Assembly: GCA_964016885.1 (NCBI GenBank)
Contig: OZ024747.1
Span: 58,776,001-58,840,000, forward strand
Reading direction: 5' to 3'
DNA: 64,000 nucleotides
Source of the DNA: Eledone cirrhosa
Lineage: Eukaryota
Part shown: in pieces, positions 56,954 to 64,000 of the stretch
Position numbering within the stretch: the first letter of the stretch is position 1
Layout: each line of letters opens with the position of its first letter
Made by a program: the position numbers and the translations under genes
Notes under the pieces: model-generated
The model's input: only the letters and a program-made list of their open reading frames with translations
Databases searched by the model: none
Told to the model about the DNA's origin: nothing

Positions 56954-57346
56954 GTGTGTGTGTGCGTGGGTGGTTTTTTTTTGCACAAGTAGCAATTTTG
57001 ATTCTGTTATTAATATGAGCATTTCAGTATTTTAGTGTGTGTGTGTGTATAAAGTATGGGATTAAGATCGGATAAGAGATTGAGCCGGAGAAAGTTGGAC
57101 ATTCGAAAAAAAAAGATTCCTACTGATTAATCCACAGAGTTGGCTTGGATGAAATCTTCAATGGAATCTGTGTAAACGTGACCGATTCTCAGAAACGTGA
57201 GATTTCGCTCGGTTTTGGAGGCTGGAGAGAAGGTATTTGTTTGCAGACTTTCTCAGTTCAAACTACACATAATGATATATAGACACAAATACAGCAGCTA
57301 CGTACATACAGCCATTAATAATACACACACATACATATATTAATAT

Positions 57347-57349
<3 letters not shown>

Positions 57350-57427
<78 letters not shown>

Positions 57428-57506
57428 TATAAATATATATATATATAAATATATAAATATATATATATATAAATATATAAATATATATATATATAAATAT
57501 ATAAAT

Positions 57507-57593
<87 letters not shown>

Positions 57594-57660
57594 TACATAT
57601 ATATATACATATATACATACACATATATATATATACATACATACATACATATATACATGT
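57350..57660. repeat. (TA)n microsatellite
   Basis: Seen directly in the sequence. Confidence 0.95.
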
Positions 57661-57781
57661 GTATTAATGTATGTGTGCGTTTTATTAGACAATTACATGC
57701 ATGCATATATATTGATGTATACATTTAGAAGTAATCATGTGATTCGAGTGGTCACACGAGGCATACACACATACTCACACA

Positions 57782-57867
<86 letters not shown>

Positions 57868-58224
57868 TGAGATTTATCTAAAGTGTATGAAGCATGCAAT
57901 ATGAAATATAATATTTTGGATTTAATGTTAATTGAGTTTCAGAATGTTAATACTTAAAATAGATTTTCACATACAGAAATACTACATAACTCTAACCTGT
58001 GTAAATTATTCCTAGATAACTTATATCCAATCTTGACAGGTGCAATGTGTCCGACCACGGAAGAGTTGAACTCTCACTATCATCGTCCCCATCTCTCTCG
58101 CCAGTCAGCAAATGGGGTCCCACGTGCTGGCCGCCTCACAGCCCCGGCGTCCAGAATGGAGAAGGCGTTTCACCGGAGGATGGTAAGGGAGATGCGCTGC
58201 AAGAGCCATTATATCCTAGATTGC

Positions 58225-58345
58225 CTTTCTGAGTTCAAATCCCGCCAAGGTTAACTTTGCTTTTCATCCTTACGGGGTCGATAAAATAAAGTACCAGTAA
58301 TGCACTGGGTATTTGCTGCCCTTGTGCCTAACGTAGAAACAATTA
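58225..58345 (+). mobile_element. SINE family A, 5'-truncated
   Basis: CTGAGTTCAAATCCCGCCAAGGTTAACTTTGCTTTTCATCCTTACGGGGTCGATAAAATAAAGTACCAG. Confidence 0.8.
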
Positions 58346-58863
58346 TATCCTAGATTCATATTTTAGTAAGATTTTATTTTCTATTTGAAAGCCCGTATTT
58401 TATTAGATGGCATGTTGAGTGCAGTATCATAAAAGCGTGTTCATGATCAAATAACATTATTTCCGGCTGCTCCATTCCACTGAACAATGTCATTGGCTCA
58501 AGATGTGTCGGCCATTGCCTTTCCCTTGGACTACATCAATGATCTGGAAATGAAGACTGGCATTCATCTGTGACTGCTAGCGTTCCACAAAAACCCTCGT
58601 CTAATGCTTGTGTTTTGAACAAGAACTTTTCAGTTGCAAACACACACACACATATATACATATATATATATATATACAATACATAAACAGAGAAAGCCTT
58701 AAGCGATACTCCGACCAACTCCATCTCAATCAACAAACATTCGGATATACTTAAGTATTATCCCAATTTAGTGTTTGTGGTGCTAACTAATAAGTATTTC
58801 GTGGATAATTGGTTGTATTATTTTATATGAGACATTATTAAATAAATATCTCATTTCTAGTGA

Positions 58864-59075
58864 AGGCGCATTGCTGAGTGGTTAGAGAATTTGAATCACA
58901 ATCATGAGGTTGCGAGTTCGATTCCTAGACCGAGTAAAGCGTTATGTCCGTGAGCAAGACACTTTATTTCACGTTGTTCCTACCCGGAGTTGGGACCGAT
59001 ACATAGTATTAGCAATAGGAAAGACCAACGGAAATATTGCTTCCTCGGTCCGATTTGATGAAAGTCGATTGACTG
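58864..59075 (+). mobile_element. tRNA-derived SINE family B
   Basis: tRNA-like head GGCGCATTGCTGAGTGGTTAG...GAGTTCGATTCC. The body matches 14445-14600. Confidence 0.75.
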
Positions 59076-59077
59076 TT

Positions 59078-59111
<34 letters not shown>

Positions 59112-59219
59112 TGTGTGTGCGATCAACAGGCAAAATTCCAAAATAACAAGCCTCACTTTTTAGCCTTAATTAAATGAATATATATATATATATATACATA
59201 TATATATACATATATATAT

Positions 59220-59412
59220 AACGAAGGAGATGTGGTAAGGAACCAGATGGACCATAACGCACCAAAGTACTCAATGCTTAGGGTAGTAGAGTGGGTAATA
59301 GGAAAATGTTTGACCCCGACGGCAGAGCTCAAGCCGTTTTGGCGGCTATTTCTGGACTCCAAAAATAGCCGTCGAAACACCTTGAGTTCTGCCGTCGGGG
59401 GTCAAACATTTT

Positions 59413-59416
<4 letters not shown>
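59220..59416 (-). mobile_element. family H hairpin element in (TA)n
   Basis: ~55-bp inverted arms TAGGAAAATGTTTGACCCCGACGGCAGA... / ...TCTGCCGTCGGGGGTCAAACATTTTCCTA. Confidence 0.75.
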
Positions 59417-59461
<45 letters not shown>

Positions 59462-59465
<4 letters not shown>

Positions 59466-59911
59466 AAATAACGAAACGAAATTAAATTTCGTTTCGTTTG
59501 TAACTCACTTTTGTATGACTGACGCTTAAGAACCGGTACGTACTCGCGCTCTATGCAAATTAGTTTGCCCACTACTAATTTTCATAGAAAAAGCATATAA
59601 TGATATGTGCTTTTACGATTCTCTAGAAAGGCCGGAAGATAGGTAAATATTGCTGATGAGATGTAACAACATCGAAACTAGTCCAATATTCCTTGTCTGG
59701 CTTTCTGGAGAATAGAGGAAAGGTGTTTCCTCGAAAACCAGTATGACTCTAAAAACCGGTTTGTCTGTGTGTTTACATACAGAATAGCTGGACACTCACA
59801 GTAAAGTGTCCAGTGAAAAACTCGGTACATCTACATATGTACACGTGTGTGTATTCATATGCATACTAGTATTTCAGTATACATATGTGGATGTACATTT
59901 TTAACTTAATT
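59462..59911. mobile_element. second insertion of the ~466-bp HHR family (short inverted piece 59462-59529, then sense piece) in (TA)n
   Basis: Homologous to 14983-16157, with the same two outer termini. Confidence 0.85.
59646..59690 (+). ncRNA. type I hammerhead ribozyme with GUC triplet
   Basis: AATATTG-CTGATGA-GATGT AACA ACATC-GAAA-CTAG-TC-CAATATT. Confidence 0.88.
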
Positions 59912-61157
59912 ATATATATATATATATATAATTAATACAATAACAGAGATAGCTTAACGCTAAACTCCGACTGGTAACCATCTCACTCAACAAACATTAG
60001 ATTATATGTTAGTATAACCCAATTTAAGTGTTTGGGGTGCTATATATATATATATGTATATATATCACAGAAAAAAAGAGAATCAGTGTGGCGACGAATG
60101 TAATTTATTGGACATATTACAACCGTTTCTCCAATCGACGCAACACTCATTCTCACTTGTTAAATTTTATAGCAATTGCATATAGTAATTCTTTCGGGTG
60201 ATATTCGGCTTGGAATAAACCCTGGGAGAATATTATGGACAAGCAAGAACAAAAGCGTTGTGATGCCAAGATCAGACAACATGTTGCTTAGATTTAAGAG
60301 ATAAATAGAGATAACATGTACAAATACACGGCTACAAGAAGAAAATAACGCCCCAAGGAGTCAGATAGATGGAGATGCAACGCACACACATAAGAAGTAT
60401 TAATATACAGATGTATGTATGTATGTAATAATGTTTGTATGTATGTTGCTGTTGTACTCGGTAACTGGAACCGAGGCAGTGAAGGAAGAGAATGAGAATG
60501 TAGAAGCACTCCTATGGGGTTCTTATAGCCAACAGATGTAGATAATTGAATAGTGACTAAAGAAGAGCACGCAGATGTGTAAGGTGAGAAAGAAATGTCC
60601 GGTCACAGTTTACAATGGGTGACCGAATCTCAGGTAGATGAGAGAATATTTGCTGCGTAGGAATATCACGTGGCGATTGGGTTAAAAGACGGAGAAACCC
60701 AATGGTACAGAATCAGGTGAATAAACACTAGGGAATATGACAAACATTACAATAACAAAAATAATAAGAATAACAATGAAAATTCAGATCTTCAATCGAC
60801 TCATCTAAAATCAAGCTTTTTCCGTTTCCGGGGGACATGCATATACACACATACGCATAGTAACACATATATACACATACACACAATAATATGTGTACAC
60901 ATACTCATAGTAACACATATATGCACATACACTCATTAACACATGTATACACATACACATAGTAACACATACACACAATAATATATTAATATATGTACAC
61001 ATACATATAGTAATACATATATACACATACAGACATTAACACATATATGTATATATAGTGAGGTTTCATATTCTTTGTGACATACATATTTTAAACTTCA
61101 ACTCAATGAGCACTCAATACAGCATTCAGCTAATACTACTTCTGATTTTCTATATAT

Positions 61158-61332
61158 AACGAGGGAGTTGTGGTAAGGAACTACATGGACCAGAACGCAC
61201 CATAGTACTCAATACTTAGGGTAGTAGAGTGGGTAATAAGAAAATGTATGACCCCAACGGCAGATCTCAAGCCGTTTCGACGGGTATTTCGAATCCAGAA
61301 ATAGCCGTCGAAACGTCGGGTCCATACATATT

Positions 61333-61336
<4 letters not shown>
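61158..61336 (-). mobile_element. family H hairpin element in (TA)n
   Basis: Near-identical reverse complement of 14163-14341. Confidence 0.75.
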
Positions 61337-61399
<63 letters not shown>

Positions 61400-61890
61400 G
61401 ATGTCCCAAAAATTGTATAAAGATTTCAACAACATTCTAATAAATATTGCTTGTACAGTTTATGAAAGTGTGCGCACATTGGGGGAGGGGGGGGGGGGGC
61501 ACCCTTTATATATATATATATATGTGTGTATATATAATGTATATATGTATATCTTCATTTAACATTTATGATAATATTGCATGCAACTCTGTCACTCTCT
61601 CTCTAAACATGTATATGTGAGTATGTTTCTAAGTGTGTGTACATGTGTATGTGTGTGTCAGTAAAGGCAGGAGAGTGTGATGGTGTTTGAGTGTGTGAAT
61701 CTATGTACATTAGCAGAAAATTCAATTTGTGCTAAGGAATATCTTTGTAGCCTTTCAATGGTTCAATTAATGAATCACCATTCATATTTTTTCTTCCTTT
61801 TCGCAGGGGTTCCTTAACCAAAAATGTCAGCTAAAGAATCATTTTGTCTCCACCCTTCATCCAACTCAATATTTCTCTCTCTCTCCCTCT

Positions 61891-61956
<66 letters not shown>

Positions 61957-62814
61957 TGTGTGTGTGTGCGTGTATATATATATATATATGCCACTCTTTC
62001 CATATACATACATGTATGTATGTATGTATGTATGTATGTATAATTCTCTCTGTCTCTCCCAATCAACCAATTCCCTCTCCACTTTCTATATTCACAATGT
62101 AGTTTAATGCAGTGTCTAATTTATGTATCTTCATACGTAATCTTTGATCTCTAGTCTCAAGGATTTTCTCTGTTGATTCCATTAGGTCTATACATAACTT
62201 TCCCCAGTTTTCTCCTACACCATTATTATTATTATTATTATTTATATTATTAATATTATTATTATCCTTATTTTTGTTGTTGGTTGTGTTGTAGCTGTTG
62301 TAGCTCTTTTTGTTGTTTCTATTTTCTTTTATGAGGGAATTCATCTTCATGTACATGAAGTCATCGCAGTTCAAGAGATACATATCGTTTGGCTTCAAAA
62401 GTTCTATAGAATATTCTGATGGCCACATTACATGCATAAGTGATGTCATTCATCGCTACATGTCATCGTGATTATATAATATGTGCGTTGGACCTCCGTC
62501 GCTTCCACCGATGAGCGTTTCAGATTTTCGAAGAACGGAACTGCGCATTCTTGTAATTCAAATTTGAATCTTGATGAACATTCCAATAGACACGTGTAGA
62601 ATTAACGTAGTTCTTCGGAGAATTCATGTTGACAAGTTGCATGGCATGGCTGACCCTCAAAATTAAAAGTTGAATTATATTTTACCAGCTAAATTAACTC
62701 TAGTAAAGGGAAATAATATACCGTGATCAAAATCAAAATCTTCTGGCCAGAAGCGAACCCACTAACATCGTGACGACAGGCGTCACTCATGCACCCATAC
62801 GTAAATACTTACAT

Positions 62815-63096
62815 ATACACACACACATACATACATATATATATGCTTGCATACATATATACACAAATACATACGTACATTCACAGATACATACATACAT
62901 ACATACATACATACATACATACATACGTATATGTATATATATGCTTGCATACATATATACACAAATACATACTACGTACGTACATTCAAATATACATACA
63001 TACATACATACATACAATCATACAGATGCATACATACATGCATACATACAATCATACATATACATACATACGTACATACATACATAGATACATACA
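62815..63096. repeat. (CATA)n microsatellite
   Basis: Seen directly in the sequence. Confidence 0.9.
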
Positions 63097-63519
63097 TGAA
63101 AAAAACTGTGAAATTATAAAACCAGAATATCATACAGACACACACACACAATTCAATATGTATTCATCAATCAGAGGAGTAGATCTCGTATCTTTAAGTC
63201 ATTGAACATTTGATAAAAGTATCACCAAGGTCAAATAAACAATGAATGATAATGATTAATACGATCAATGCAATATACAAGTTAAATACGATTATTCATA
63301 TAAACAGGATTGTGGTTCGGAAGAAAAAAAGGGAGGAGATACATACATTATTATCTCCCCTTGTATAGAACGATTTGCCTCATTCAAGAGTTCTTTATAT
63401 CTGTTCGTGAATCACCCAGTAGATATGTAATGATGAATAAACTAGAATGAGGTTCCATTACATAGTTTAGTCTTATGGGAGAATATAAAACCTTCATGAA
63501 TAATAATAAATATTTATTA

Positions 63520-63840
63520 ATATGTTGGTGTGTTTATGTATGTGTATTTATACATGTATGTATGTGTGTATATGTATAAACGTATGCATGCATGTGTGTA
63601 TATGTATATACGTATGCATGCATGTATGTATATGTATATATGTGTGTGTGAGAGAACGATACATGTATGCCTGTATGTATGTCTATGTATACATGTATAT
63701 ATATATCTATGCATGTATGTGTATGTATATTTGTATGTATGCATGTGTAGTTATGAATACATGTACGTATTTGTATGTATGTAAGTAAGCATGCATGCAT
63801 GTATATATATATTTGTATGTGTGTTTTTATGTATGCATGT
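63520..63840. repeat. degenerate (TATG)n microsatellite
   Basis: Seen directly in the sequence. Confidence 0.85.
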
Positions 63841-64000
63841 AGGAATGTTTGTATTTTTTAATGAAAAATTAAAGATTGGAGAATACCAGAGTGCAATAGT
63901 GACATAAATTTGTTTAACATTTGATATAATAAGAACAGAGACTTATTGTTTCGGATGTTAGTCATTTGTTTGGAGATAAAATGCGTGAGATAGAAGGAGG

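Noticed and set aside
58864-58935. tRNA-like sequence
   Set aside because: A/B boxes lead into a repeated SINE body, and I could not draw a convincing cloverleaf.
58686-60042. Diverged ~100-bp direct repeat at about 58686-58785 and 59943-60042
   Set aside because: Old, low-identity duplication with no diagnostic features. Too weak to call LTRs.

Overview
AT-rich, microsatellite-dense animal genomic DNA. The SINE and repeat content suggests a mollusc, probably an octopus-like cephalopod (inference). I see no recognisable host protein-coding gene; nearly all small ORFs are translations of (TA)n, (CA)n or (AAT)n. Main contents: (1) A 16-kb head-to-tail array of three Tx1-group (L1 clade) non-LTR retrotransposons on the minus strand, two intact and near-identical plus one older truncated copy. 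Each is bounded by (GATA)n/(TCTA)n, and an inverted copy of the empty target site survives 2 kb away. (2) At least six distinct sequence families carrying type I hammerhead ribozymes (HHRs) of the Penelope/retrozyme type, including a 310-bp tandem array and several head-to-head inverted dimers, mostly in or beside (TA)n. (3) A 5'-truncated RTE LINE with a 5' inversion inside (TA)n, and a 5'-truncated R4/Dong-type RLE element inside (TAA)n. (4) A decayed Helitron (PIF1 fragment plus CTAG end), tRNA-derived SINEs, a dispersed hairpin element and a 200-N gap. All structures were read by eye, so boundaries are approximate to a few bases.
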